DNA of 51,728 bases from Betaproteobacteria bacterium (GTDB lineage Bacteria; Pseudomonadota; Gammaproteobacteria; Burkholderiales; SG8-41). Every line of letters begins with the position of its first letter. Positions within the stretch are counted from its first letter, which is position 1. The notes beneath the pieces are model-generated. The model was given only the letters and a program-made list of their open reading frames with translations. It ran no database searches and was not told where the DNA came from. Below are positions 28,622 to 37,201 of this stretch, piece after piece. The stretch is taken from the NCBI GenBank assembly GCA_032123035.1, contig JAQBFV010000002.1:1-51728 (forward strand), written 5' to 3'. A program made the position numbers and the translations under genes.

Positions 28622-29428
28622 ATGAGCGAAGACACTTTCATTTCTCACCTGATGGAGCTGCGCGATCGCCTGTTGCGCACCCTGATCTCGGTGGGAATCG
28701 TCTTCGTATGCCTGTTTCCGTTTGCCTCGGAACTCTACGACGTCCTTGCGCAGCCCCTACTCAGCACGCTGCCGAACGGCGCCAAGATGATCGCGACCGG
28801 CGTCGTGACGCCGTTCCTGATCCCGGTCAAGGTGGCTGCCATGGTCGCCTTCTCGGTGGCGCTGCCGTACGTCCTGTATCAGGCCTGGGCATTTGTCGCG
28901 CCCGGCCTCTACGCCCACGAAAAGCGGCTCGTGCTTCCGCTCGTTGCGGCGAGCACGGTACTCTTCCTCGTCGGCGTCGCGTTCTGCTACTTCTTCGTGT
29001 TCCGGCTCGTCTTCGACTTCGTCTTCAACATCGCGCCGAAGAGCATCACCGTTGCGCCGGACATCGAGAACTATCTCAATTTCGTGCTCACCATGTTTCT
29101 CGCTTTCGGCGTGAGCTTTGAGGTGCCGATCGTCGTGCTGGTGCTCACGCGGATGGGCGTCGTGACGGTCGAGCAGCTCGTCAGCATCCGGCCTTATTTT
29201 GTCGTGGGTGCGTTCGTCGTGGCCGCGATCGTCACGCCGCCGGACGTGATCTCGCAGCTGCTGCTCGCGTTTCCGATGTGGTTGCTGTTCGAGGTCGGGC
29301 TGCTCGCGGCGCGGGCGTTTGGGCGTCGCCCGGCGCAAGACAAGGGGGATTACCGTCCGCCCGGGGAAGAAGAAATGGATCGGGAGCTCGACGAGAGCGA
29401 GGCCCAGGACAAAGACCGCAGCCAATAG
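28622..29428 (+). CDS. tatC: twin-arginine translocase subunit TatC
   Basis: 268 aa. SHLMELRDRLLRTLISV..., six TM segments, typical TatC. Confidence 0.95.
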   Translation: MSEDTFISHLMELRDRLLRTLISVGIVFVCLFPFASELYDVLAQPLLSTLPNGAKMIATGVVTPFLIPVKVAAMVAFSVALPYVLYQAWAFVAPGLYAHEKRLVLPLVAASTVLFLVGVAFCYFFVFRLVFDFVFNIAPKSITVAPDIENYLNFVLTMFLAFGVSFEVPIVVLVLTRMGVVTVEQLVSIRPYFVVGAFVVAAIVTPPDVISQLLLAFPMWLLFEVGLLAARAFGRRPAQDKGDYRPPGEEEMDRELDESEAQDKDRSQ

Positions 29429-29452
29429 CTCCCGGCGCCGTAGAGGTTCAAA

Positions 29453-30604
29453 TCAGGGTTTCTGCGGCGGCGGCTTCGGGCGTTGCCCCACCGTGACGGT
29501 GACCTCGGATGCGTTTTGCTCACGCAGGAGCTTCAACCGCGCGCGGGCGCCCGGCGCGAGCGCGGCAATCAAATTCAGCATGCCGATCGAATCGGCGACC
29601 GGGGTGTCGTTCACTGCGACCAGGATGTCGCCCAGCTTCACGCCCGCCTGGTCCGCGGGTCCGTCGCGCTCCACCTGTGAGATCAGCACGCCACTCGCAC
29701 TGGGCAACTTGAACGATTCGGCGAGCTCTTTCGTGACGTCCTGTACCCCCACGCCAACCCATCCCCGCGTGACGGATCCCTTCTGGATGATCTGCTCCAT
29801 GACCTGGCGGGCAATGCTCACGGGAATCGCATAGCTGATACCGGCAGCGGCCCCGGTCTGCGAGAGGATCGCGGTGTTGATTCCCACGAGGTTGCCTTGC
29901 GCATCGACGAGCGCCCCGCCGGAATTTCCCGGGTTGATCGCCGCATCGGTCTGGATGAAGTTCTCAAAGGTCGTGATGCCGAGATGGCTGCGACCGAGTC
30001 CGCTCACGATGCCGAGCGTGACGGTCTGGCCGACGCCGAACGGATTGCCAATCGCGAGCACGACATCGCCCACCTTCAGACGATCCGAACGCGCGAACGT
30101 GATGGAGGGCGCGTCCCGCACTTCGATCTTGAGCACGGCGAGGTCGGTCTCCGGGTCCGTACCGACCACCTGCGCGGACACCTTGCGCGAATCGGCTAGC
30201 GCTACTTCGATCTGGTCCACGGCCTCGATCACATGGTGATTGGTGAGGACGTAGCCCGTCTCGCTGACGATCACCCCGGAGCCCAGTCCTTCGCGCCGCT
30301 GCACGTCCGGGTCCGAAGAATTACCGAAGAAGTAACGGAACACCGGATCATCCTGCAGCGGGTGCCGCGGCCGCTTGACATCCTGGCTCGTAAAGATGTT
30401 GACCACTGCCGGCATCGCCTTACGCGCAGCCTCGCTGAACGAGGTCGTCTCCCGGACGGGCACGCCGACAGACCGCTCCTTGATGGCAACAACGTTACTG
30501 CGCGCGCGCCACGAAAGGAGGTCCGGCCGTAGCGTGGAGACCACGAACAGCACTGCAAGACAAACGGTCGCGGTCTGGGCAAATACCAGCCAAAGTTTGC
30601 GCAT
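29453..30604 (-). CDS. DegS/AlgW-like trypsin-fold serine endoprotease with one PDZ domain
   Basis: 383 aa with an N-terminal TM segment. Triad context VLTNHHV, D, and NPGNSGGALVD. One C-terminal PDZ-like region. Confidence 0.85.
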   Translation of the reverse strand: MRKLWLVFAQTATVCLAVLFVVSTLRPDLLSWRARSNVVAIKERSVGVPVRETTSFSEAARKAMPAVVNIFTSQDVKRPRHPLQDDPVFRYFFGNSSDPDVQRREGLGSGVIVSETGYVLTNHHVIEAVDQIEVALADSRKVSAQVVGTDPETDLAVLKIEVRDAPSITFARSDRLKVGDVVLAIGNPFGVGQTVTLGIVSGLGRSHLGITTFENFIQTDAAINPGNSGGALVDAQGNLVGINTAILSQTGAAAGISYAIPVSIARQVMEQIIQKGSVTRGWVGVGVQDVTKELAESFKLPSASGVLISQVERDGPADQAGVKLGDILVAVNDTPVADSIGMLNLIAALAPGARARLKLLREQNASEVTVTVGQRPKPPPQKP

Positions 30605-30976
30605 GGGTCGGGAATGCTTTGTGTCTACTGGAACTGGTTCGGTTCGAATCGATCTTTTAGCAACAAGGCCAGCCGCTAATTCAGCGCAACGCGCTGGACG
30701 CCTGCCTGAACCAGTATCGGAGTGTCCCTGATGACCGCGATTATTGCCTGAAACGGATTGATCCCGAAAGCTCGGCGCCGATCGAGTCGAATGCGTCGAA
30801 GCGCGGGCGTTAAAGCTGGGAGCCCGCGGCCGGGACCGCTGATGCTGGCCCGAGCAGGCGCCTGCCGGGGGTGTGTTGCAACTGATTGACTGGAAGCATT
30901 TTTTTCAAGTTTTGCTTAAGTTTCGCGTCGCGTTTGTGTACAATGTGGCCCTTTGCCCACAGCAGGGAATATTCGT

Positions 30977-31576
30977 ATGGCAGACAAAGAGTTGGACACG
31001 GGCAAACGGCGCTTTCTGATTGCCGCCACCAGTGTCGCAGGGGGGGTCGCCGCCGGCGCCACAGCGGTGCCATTTGTCGCGAGCATGTTGCCCTCGGAGC
31101 GGGCGAAGGCCGCTGGCGCGCCGGTCGAGGCCGATATCACCAACCTCGCGCCCGGCGAGCTGATGCGCGTGGAATGGCGCGGCAAACCGGTCTGGATCGT
31201 GCGGCGGACCAAAAAAATGCTCGAGTCCGTGAAGGAGAACGACACCAACGTGGCCGATCCTGAGAGCCAGCGCAACCCGGATTACACGCCGCCGTACGCG
31301 CGCAACGAGTACCGCTCGATCAAGCCCGAATATCTGGTCGTCGTTGGCATCTGCACGCACCTCGGCTGCTCTCCGGTCGACAAGTTCAAAGCCGAGGCGG
31401 AGCCATTCGACTCCGACTGGAAGGGCGGCTTCTATTGCCCATGCCATGGCTCGCTTTTTGACCTGGCCGGCCGCGTCTACAAGAACGTGCCCGCTCCCGA
31501 CAATCTCCCGGTGCCGCCGCATACCTATCTGTCGGACAGCACGATCCGCATCGGCGAAGACCAGAAGGGGGCGTAG
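30977..31576 (+). CDS. petA: ubiquinol-cytochrome c reductase Rieske iron-sulfur subunit
   Basis: MADKELDTGKRRFLIAATSVAGG is a Tat-type leader. The Rieske boxes are CTHLGC and CPCHGS. Confidence 0.9.
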   Translation: MADKELDTGKRRFLIAATSVAGGVAAGATAVPFVASMLPSERAKAAGAPVEADITNLAPGELMRVEWRGKPVWIVRRTKKMLESVKENDTNVADPESQRNPDYTPPYARNEYRSIKPEYLVVVGICTHLGCSPVDKFKAEAEPFDSDWKGGFYCPCHGSLFDLAGRVYKNVPAPDNLPVPPHTYLSDSTIRIGEDQKGA

Positions 31577-31579
31577 GCG

Positions 31580-32986
31580 ATGGCAGCGACCGAAAAGCCG
31601 CCGGTCACCGGGGCAGGGCCGTTCAACGGCCTGCTGACGTGGGTCGACCAGCGCTTTCCCCTGATCCAGCTTTGGCGCGAGCATCTCGCGGAGTACTACG
31701 CGCCGAAGAACTTCAACTTTTGGTATTACTTCGGTTCATTGGCGATTCTGGCGCTCGTGATCCAGATCGTCACCGGCATCTTCCTCACCATGCACTACAA
31801 GCCGGACGCCGCGCAGGCGTTTGCGTCGGTCGAATACATCATGCGCGAGGTGCCGGGCGGCTGGTTCATCCGTTACATGCATTCGACCGGCGGGTCGGCG
31901 TTCTTCTTCGTGGTCTACCTGCACATGTTTCGAGGCATGATGTACGGATCCTACCGGCAGCCGCGAGAGTTGATTTGGATCTTCGGCATGATGATCTACC
32001 TGTCCATGATGGCCGAGGCTTTCTTCGGCTACCTCCTGCCTTGGGGACAGATGTCGTACTGGGGCGCGCAGGTGATCGTGAACCTGTTCGACGCGATCCC
32101 GCTGATCGGGCCGGATCTGGCGTTGTGGATACGCGGCGACTATGTGGTCTCAGACGCGACGCTCAACCGTTTCTTCTCGTTCCACGTGATCGCGATTCCG
32201 CTCGTGCTCCTCGGGCTGGTGGCCGCGCACATCCTGGCGTTGCACGAGGTGGGCTCGAACAACCCCGACGGGATCGAGATTAAGAAGCTAAAGGACCCCA
32301 GGACCGGCCATCCCATGGACGGCATTCCGTTCCACCCCTACTACACGGTGAAGGACATCATGGGGGCGGTCTTCTTCCTGATCGTGTTCTGCGTGATCAT
32401 GTTCTTCATGCCGGAGTTCGGCGGCTATTTCCTGGAATACAACAACTTCATACCCGCCGATCCGCTGCAGACGCCGTCGCACATCGCGCCGCTGTGGTAT
32501 TTCACGCCGTATTACTCGATCCTGCGGGCGACGACCGAAACGTTCATGTGGGTGCTCGCCGCCGGCGTCATCGGTTATTCGGCGCTCATCATTCGGTCGG
32601 TCGAGGCGCGCGCGGTCAGGCTCATCGTCGCGGCAATCGCTGCCGTCCTGCTCGTGGGTTTTTTCACCCTCGAGCCCAAGGTCTGGGGCGTGGTCCTGAT
32701 GGGCGTTTCGGTGCTCGTCTTCGGGCTCCTGCCCTGGCTCGATCGCAGCCCCGTCAAGTCGATCCGCTACCGCGGGCCGCTCTTCAAGGGGGCGCTCGCG
32801 ATGTTCGTGTTGGTATTCATCGTGCTTGGGTATTTTGGTACCCAACCCGTCACGACGAAGAGCACCCTACTGTCGCAGATCTGCACGCTGATCTATTTCG
32901 CTTTCTTCCTTCTCATGCCGTGGTACACGAAAATGGACAAGACCAAGCCCGAGCCTTCGCGGGTGACCTGGGAAGGAGCGCACTGA
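31580..32986 (+). CDS. petB: cytochrome b of the bc1 complex
   Basis: 468 aa, polytopic. Blocks FGSLAILALVIQIVTGIFLTMHY, RYMHSTGGSAFF and WGAQVI. Confidence 0.95.
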   Translation: MAATEKPPVTGAGPFNGLLTWVDQRFPLIQLWREHLAEYYAPKNFNFWYYFGSLAILALVIQIVTGIFLTMHYKPDAAQAFASVEYIMREVPGGWFIRYMHSTGGSAFFFVVYLHMFRGMMYGSYRQPRELIWIFGMMIYLSMMAEAFFGYLLPWGQMSYWGAQVIVNLFDAIPLIGPDLALWIRGDYVVSDATLNRFFSFHVIAIPLVLLGLVAAHILALHEVGSNNPDGIEIKKLKDPRTGHPMDGIPFHPYYTVKDIMGAVFFLIVFCVIMFFMPEFGGYFLEYNNFIPADPLQTPSHIAPLWYFTPYYSILRATTETFMWVLAAGVIGYSALIIRSVEARAVRLIVAAIAAVLLVGFFTLEPKVWGVVLMGVSVLVFGLLPWLDRSPVKSIRYRGPLFKGALAMFVLVFIVLGYFGTQPVTTKSTLLSQICTLIYFAFFLLMPWYTKMDKTKPEPSRVTWEGAH

Positions 32987-32987
32987 C

Positions 32988-33761
32988 ATGAGCCGCGCCA
33001 GACAACTGCTTGTGGTGCTGCTCGCGGCGCCGGTGCTGGCCCTGGCGGCGGGCGACGAGGTGTCACTCGACCGTGCGCCGATCGATGAACAGGACCTGAG
33101 CTCGCTGCAGCGCGGCGCACAGGTCTACGTGAACTATTGCCTCGGCTGCCATAGCGCGAGCTACATGCGCTACAACCAGCTGCAGGGCCTGGGCCTCACT
33201 GCGCAGCAGATCCGCGACAACCTGATCCTCACGGGTGCGAAGGTTGGCGATCTCATGAAGAACAACATGGGGCCGAATGATGCGAAGGAGTGGTTCGGGG
33301 CGGTTCCGCCGGATCTCACCGTGATCGCGCGCGCGCGCGCTTCGCCCGCGGGCAGCGGCGCGGACTGGCTCTACACCTACCTGCGCAGTTTCTATCGCGA
33401 CCCAGCTCGACCGACAGGCTGGAACAACGTCGTCTATCGCGACGTCGGCATGCCGCACGTCCTGTGGCAGTTGCAGGGCGAGCAGGAACTGCGCACGGAA
33501 GTGACCATGATCCCCCGCAGTGACGAGCGGAAAGACGCGGGAAAGCGTGAGGTGCAGAAGCTGGTGCTCGCCCGGCCGGGGAGTCTGAGCCAGCTCGAGT
33601 ACGACCGTTTGGCAGCCGACCTCGTCAATTTTCTGGTCTACATGGCCGAGCCCGCGAAGCGCACCCGTATCGAGATGGGTATCTACGTCCTGCTTTTCCT
33701 GGGCGTGCTGTTCGTGCTCGCTTACGCCCTGAAGAAGGAGTACTGGAAGGACGTCCATTGA
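32988..33761 (+). CDS. petC: cytochrome c1
   Basis: 257 aa with a signal peptide, heme motif CLGCHS and a C-terminal TM anchor. Confidence 0.9.
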   Translation: MSRARQLLVVLLAAPVLALAAGDEVSLDRAPIDEQDLSSLQRGAQVYVNYCLGCHSASYMRYNQLQGLGLTAQQIRDNLILTGAKVGDLMKNNMGPNDAKEWFGAVPPDLTVIARARASPAGSGADWLYTYLRSFYRDPARPTGWNNVVYRDVGMPHVLWQLQGEQELRTEVTMIPRSDERKDAGKREVQKLVLARPGSLSQLEYDRLAADLVNFLVYMAEPAKRTRIEMGIYVLLFLGVLFVLAYALKKEYWKDVH

Positions 33762-33764
33762 TCC

Positions 33765-33892
33765 GTGCGAGCGGTAAACGGTAAACGGTAAACGGTGAGC
33801 GGTAGACGGCAAACCGCGAAGCCTGAATCCGATACTAGAGGTACCGAGCGAGCGATGTTCTTCCCTTCACTGTTCACCGTTCACCGTTCACG
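33765..33892. repeat. heptad-repeat hairpin element (CGGTAAA)n vs (CGTTCAC)n
   Basis: Left arm 33765-33816 contains ggtaaacggtaaacggtaaacggtgagcggtagacgg. Right arm 33863-33892 is cccttcactgttcaccgttcaccgttcacg. It lies in the petC-sspA gap. Confidence 0.8.
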
Positions 33893-33907
33893 AGGTTGCC
33901 CGCTCTT

Positions 33908-34507
33908 ATGATGACCTTATATTCAGGCACGACCTGCCCCTTCAGCCAGCGCTGCCGCATCGTGCTGTACGAGAAAGGGATGGATTTCCAGATCGTCGAC
34001 GTCGATCTGTTCAACAAGCCCGAGGACCTGGCGGTGATGAACCCCTACAACCAGGTCCCGGTACTGGTCGAGCGCGATCTGATTCTGTACGAGTCGAACA
34101 TCATCAACGAGTACATCGACGACCGTTTTCCGCACCCACAGCTCATGCCTGCCGATCCAGTGCTGCGCGCCCGCGCCCGCCTGTTCCTGTTCCGCTTCGA
34201 GCATGAGATGTTCAGCCACATCGAGTTGATCGAGAAGGGGACCCAGAAGCAGACCGAAAAGGGGCGTGCCGTTATCCGGGACAACCTCACGCAGATCGCG
34301 CCGGTGTTCACCAAGCAGAAGCACATGCTGGGCGAGGAATTCACGATGCTCGACGTCGCGATTGCGCCGCTGCTCTGGCGCCTCGACCACTATGGTATCC
34401 AGCTGCCCAAGACCTGCGCGCCGCTCATGAAGTACGCCGAGCGGTTGTTCAGCCGGCCCGCATTCATCGACGCGCTCACGGCGTCCGAGAAGGTCATGCG
34501 CCGCTAA
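33908..34507 (+). CDS. sspA: stringent starvation protein A (GST-like)
   Basis: MMTLYSGTTCPFSQRCRIVLYEKGMDFQIVDVD...YESNIINEYIDDRFPHPQLMP. ATG at 33908 is preferred over the TTG at 33896. Confidence 0.9.
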   Translation: MMTLYSGTTCPFSQRCRIVLYEKGMDFQIVDVDLFNKPEDLAVMNPYNQVPVLVERDLILYESNIINEYIDDRFPHPQLMPADPVLRARARLFLFRFEHEMFSHIELIEKGTQKQTEKGRAVIRDNLTQIAPVFTKQKHMLGEEFTMLDVAIAPLLWRLDHYGIQLPKTCAPLMKYAERLFSRPAFIDALTASEKVMRR

Positions 34508-34512
34508 CTTCC

Positions 34513-34622
34513 GTGAATCGTGAATCGTGAATCGTGAATAGTGAATGGTGAAAGGCGAATAACGCGGGTCTGGCATTCGGGGTTTCTCCGATTCCCCATT
34601 TCCTATTTCCCGTTTCCGCTTT
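34513..34622. repeat. heptad-repeat element (GTGAATN)x7 with a degenerate inverted arm (ATTTCCN)n
   Basis: 34513-34561 reads GTGAATC x3, GTGAATA, GTGAATG, GTGAAAG, GCGAATA. The opposite arm 34574-34622 also has a 7-bp period but is only partly complementary. It lies in the sspA-sspB gap. Confidence 0.8.
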
Positions 34623-34625
34623 GAT

Positions 34626-35036
34626 ATGGCAGAGCGCCCTACCAAGCCCTACCTCCTCCGCGCCATTCACGAATGGTGCTCGGACAGCAACCTGACGCCC
34701 TACGTCACCGTGCAGGTCGATGCCAATACGCGAGTGCCGCCGGCGCATGTGAAGAACGGGGAAATCCTGCTCAATGTGAGCTACGACGCCACCCACAAGC
34801 TGACGATCGGCAACGAGGGCATCCAGTTCTCGGCGCGGTTCGATGGAGTGTCGTTCGAGTGCTCGGTCCCCATTTCCGCGGTGGCCGGCATTTTCGCCAG
34901 GGAAAACGGGCAGGGCATGTTCTTTCCGCACGAGCCGGTTCAGGAGAATGGCAACGACGCGCCGCCCGAGCCCTCCTCTCCCAACGGCAACGGAAACGGC
35001 AACAGCGGGAAGCCAAAGCTCCAGATCATCAAGTAA
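34626..35036 (+). CDS. sspB: ClpXP adaptor SspB (stringent starvation protein B)
   Basis: 136 aa. KPYLLRAIHEWCSDSNLTPYVTVQVD is the SspB core. It has a flexible tail and ends in KLQIIK. Confidence 0.85.
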   Translation: MAERPTKPYLLRAIHEWCSDSNLTPYVTVQVDANTRVPPAHVKNGEILLNVSYDATHKLTIGNEGIQFSARFDGVSFECSVPISAVAGIFARENGQGMFFPHEPVQENGNDAPPEPSSPNGNGNGNSGKPKLQIIK

Positions 35037-35100
35037 CCCGCACTCGGCGTGCGGCCACCACCATCAGCGGACGCTGGCCACGACTCAAGCCTTATCGGTC

Positions 35101-35106
35101 TATAAT
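35101..35106 (+). promoter_or_regulatory. candidate -10 box (TATAAT) for the tRNA gene
   Basis: A perfect TATAAT lies 11 nt upstream of the tRNA 5' end. No convincing -35 hexamer was found. Confidence 0.3.
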
Positions 35107-35116
35107 GGCGGCCCAA

Positions 35117-35191
35117 GCCGGCATAGCTCAGTGGTAGAGCAACCGCCTTGTAAGCGGTAGGTCGTCTGTTCGAGTCAGACTGTCGGCACCA
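35117..35191 (+). tRNA. tRNA-Thr (anticodon UGU), CCA encoded
   Basis: Hand-folded cloverleaf. Acceptor GCCGGCA/TGTCGGC, D arm AGCTCAGTGGTAGAGC, anticodon stem ACCGC/GCGGT with loop CTTGTAA, T arm GTCTG-TTCGAGT-CAGAC, then ACCA. Confidence 0.85.
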
Positions 35192-35440
35192 CGGGCGATG
35201 CGCGGAAACACGGAGCCCGAGACGCTGGACGAGGTAGCCTGCGCTCAGTGCCGTAGCAAAAAAATCGCCCCGAAACAATCCCTTAGCTGGGCCAGGTGGC
35301 GGGAAGTTCCAGCCACGTCGCGCGGGATGCGTCGCCCTTTTGCGACGGTGCCGGGAGTTGAAGGCGTGGTTTTAAGACCTATTTAAGTGAGGCATGAAGA
35401 CAATGCGAGGCTGTAAACGCGCTGTGCTGAGGATACGCCA

Positions 35441-36415
35441 ATGATCCAGGTCGAAAACCTCGTCAAGGCATTCGGGACGAAGCTGGCGGTGAATGACGTT
35501 TCGTTTACCGTCGAGCGCGGGGAAGTGCTCGGCTTTCTCGGACCGAACGGCGCGGGCAAGTCCACCACCATGCGCATGGTGACGGGTTTCATCCCTCCGA
35601 CCTCGGGCGCGGTCAGGGTGGGCGGCTACGACGTCCTTGAGAACCCGCTGCCGGCGAAGCGGCTCATCGGCTATCTGCCCGAGAACGCGCCGGCCTACGC
35701 CGACATGACCGTGCAGGGCTTTCTCTCGTTCGCTGCCGAGTTGCGCGGGCTGCGCGGCGCGGCGCGCCGGAGCGCCGTCGATCGCGCGGTCGAGCTGTGC
35801 TTTCTCGAGAACGTGCGCTACCAGGTGATCGACACGCTCTCCAAAGGCTACAAGCACCGCACCTGCCTCGCGCAGGCGCTTATCCACGACCCGGATGTTT
35901 TGATCATGGACGAGCCTACCGATGGGCTCGATCCGAATCAGAAGCATGAGGTGCGCAACCTCATCAAGCGCATGGGGGCGAACAAGGCGATCGTGTTTTC
36001 GACTCACATCCTGGAAGAAGTCGAGGCAGCGTGCTCGCGCGTGATCATCATCGACCGCGGCCGGATTGTCGCGAGCGGCACGCCAGACGAGCTCAAGGGA
36101 CGCGCGCCGAATGCGGGCGCCGCGTGGCTGCGCGTGAAGGGCGTCCCTGCCGCGGCGCTTGCCAGCGGACTGTCCGGAATCGCGAACGCGGTGAATGCCG
36201 AAATCCTGAAAGATGAGGGCGGCATCGTGGAAATTCGGGTTTATCCCGACAAGACGAGGCCGGGCGGCAGCCTCACCGGCGAGGTGGCGGAACTCGCCGC
36301 GCAGCAGAAATGGCAGCTCGAAGAGCTGCACACCGAGGAAGGCCGGCTCGACGAGGTCTTCCGGGCCATTACGCTGCCCGACACCGTTAAAGAAGCGGCA
36401 GCGCAAACCAACTAA
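35441..36415 (+). CDS. ABC transporter ATP-binding protein (GldA-like, ABC-2 type)
   Basis: 324 aa. Walker A GPNGAGKST, signature LSKGYKHRTCLAQA, Walker B VLIMDEPTDGLD. GAGGA SD upstream. Confidence 0.85.
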   Translation: MIQVENLVKAFGTKLAVNDVSFTVERGEVLGFLGPNGAGKSTTMRMVTGFIPPTSGAVRVGGYDVLENPLPAKRLIGYLPENAPAYADMTVQGFLSFAAELRGLRGAARRSAVDRAVELCFLENVRYQVIDTLSKGYKHRTCLAQALIHDPDVLIMDEPTDGLDPNQKHEVRNLIKRMGANKAIVFSTHILEEVEAACSRVIIIDRGRIVASGTPDELKGRAPNAGAAWLRVKGVPAAALASGLSGIANAVNAEILKDEGGIVEIRVYPDKTRPGGSLTGEVAELAAQQKWQLEELHTEEGRLDEVFRAITLPDTVKEAAAQTN

Positions 36416-36435
36416 AACTGCAGGCACACGCAGAT

Positions 36436-37179
36436 ATGAATGCATGGTCCAACATCAAGGCGATCGTCAAGCGCGAGCTGGGCGGCTACTTCACCTCGCC
36501 GATTGCCTACGTCTTCCTGATCATCTTCCTCCTGCTCACCGGTTTTTTCACGTTCACGGTCGGCAACTTCTTCGCGCGTGGCGAGGCCTCTCTAGTCTCG
36601 TTCTTCACCTGGCACCCGTGGCTCTACCTCTTCCTCGTACCGGCCGTGGGCATGCGGCTGTGGTCGGAAGAGCGCCGGCTGGGCACGATCGAGCTTCTGC
36701 TCACGATGCCGGTGACAACGGGGGAAGCGCTGATTGGCAAGTTTCTCGCCTCGTGGTTGTTCCTCGGGCTGGCGCTCGCGCTGACGTTTCCCGTGATCAT
36801 CACGGTGAACTATCTAGGCGATCCCGACAACGGCGTAATCTTCGCCGGCTACGTGGGCAGCCTGCTCCTCGCTGGCGCCTATCTTGCCGTAGCCTGCATG
36901 ACCTCGGCGATGACGCGAAACCAGGTGATCAGCTTCATTGTGGCGGTGTTGATCTGCCTCTTTCTGATCCTCGCCGGCTACGAGCCGGTGACCGGGCTCC
37001 TGTCACGGTTCGCGAGCTCGCGCGTGGTCGAGTTCGTCGCCGCTTTCTCGGTGATGACGCATTTCGAGGGATTCCAGCGCGGCGTGGTCGATCTGCGCGA
37101 TATTCTTTTCTTCGCGTCAGTGATCGGTTTCGCGCTGTTTACCACCGGCATCATCATCCGTAGCCACCGGGCAGGCTAA
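36436..37179 (+). CDS. ABC-2 family permease (GldF-like)
   Basis: 247 aa with six hydrophobic segments. N-terminus NIKAIVKRELGGYFTSPIAYVF is typical of GldF-type permeases. Confidence 0.8.
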   Translation: MNAWSNIKAIVKRELGGYFTSPIAYVFLIIFLLLTGFFTFTVGNFFARGEASLVSFFTWHPWLYLFLVPAVGMRLWSEERRLGTIELLLTMPVTTGEALIGKFLASWLFLGLALALTFPVIITVNYLGDPDNGVIFAGYVGSLLLAGAYLAVACMTSAMTRNQVISFIVAVLICLFLILAGYEPVTGLLSRFASSRVVEFVAAFSVMTHFEGFQRGVVDLRDILFFASVIGFALFTTGIIIRSHRAG

Positions 37180-37201
37180 GGAACCTAGAGATAGATTCCC
37201 T

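Noticed and set aside
30605-30976. The 372-bp divergent region between the degS-like gene and petA, examined for small ORFs and promoters (a TACAAT at 30939-30944).
   Set aside because: The only -35 candidates are poor (TTAAGT at 17 nt; TTGCTT at 21 nt). The overlapping ORFs (30810..31073 and others) look like shadow frames. Nothing is supportable without transcript data.
33896-33907. TTG start for sspA given by the ORF track.
   Set aside because: The extra residues (MPAL) lie in the repeat arm. ATG at 33908 gives the conserved MMTLYSG N-terminus.
35117-35440. tRNA-Thr as an integration site for a genomic island carrying the Gld-like cluster.
   Set aside because: No integrase gene is present, I could find no direct repeat of the tRNA 3' end downstream, and the downstream genes have host-like G+C.
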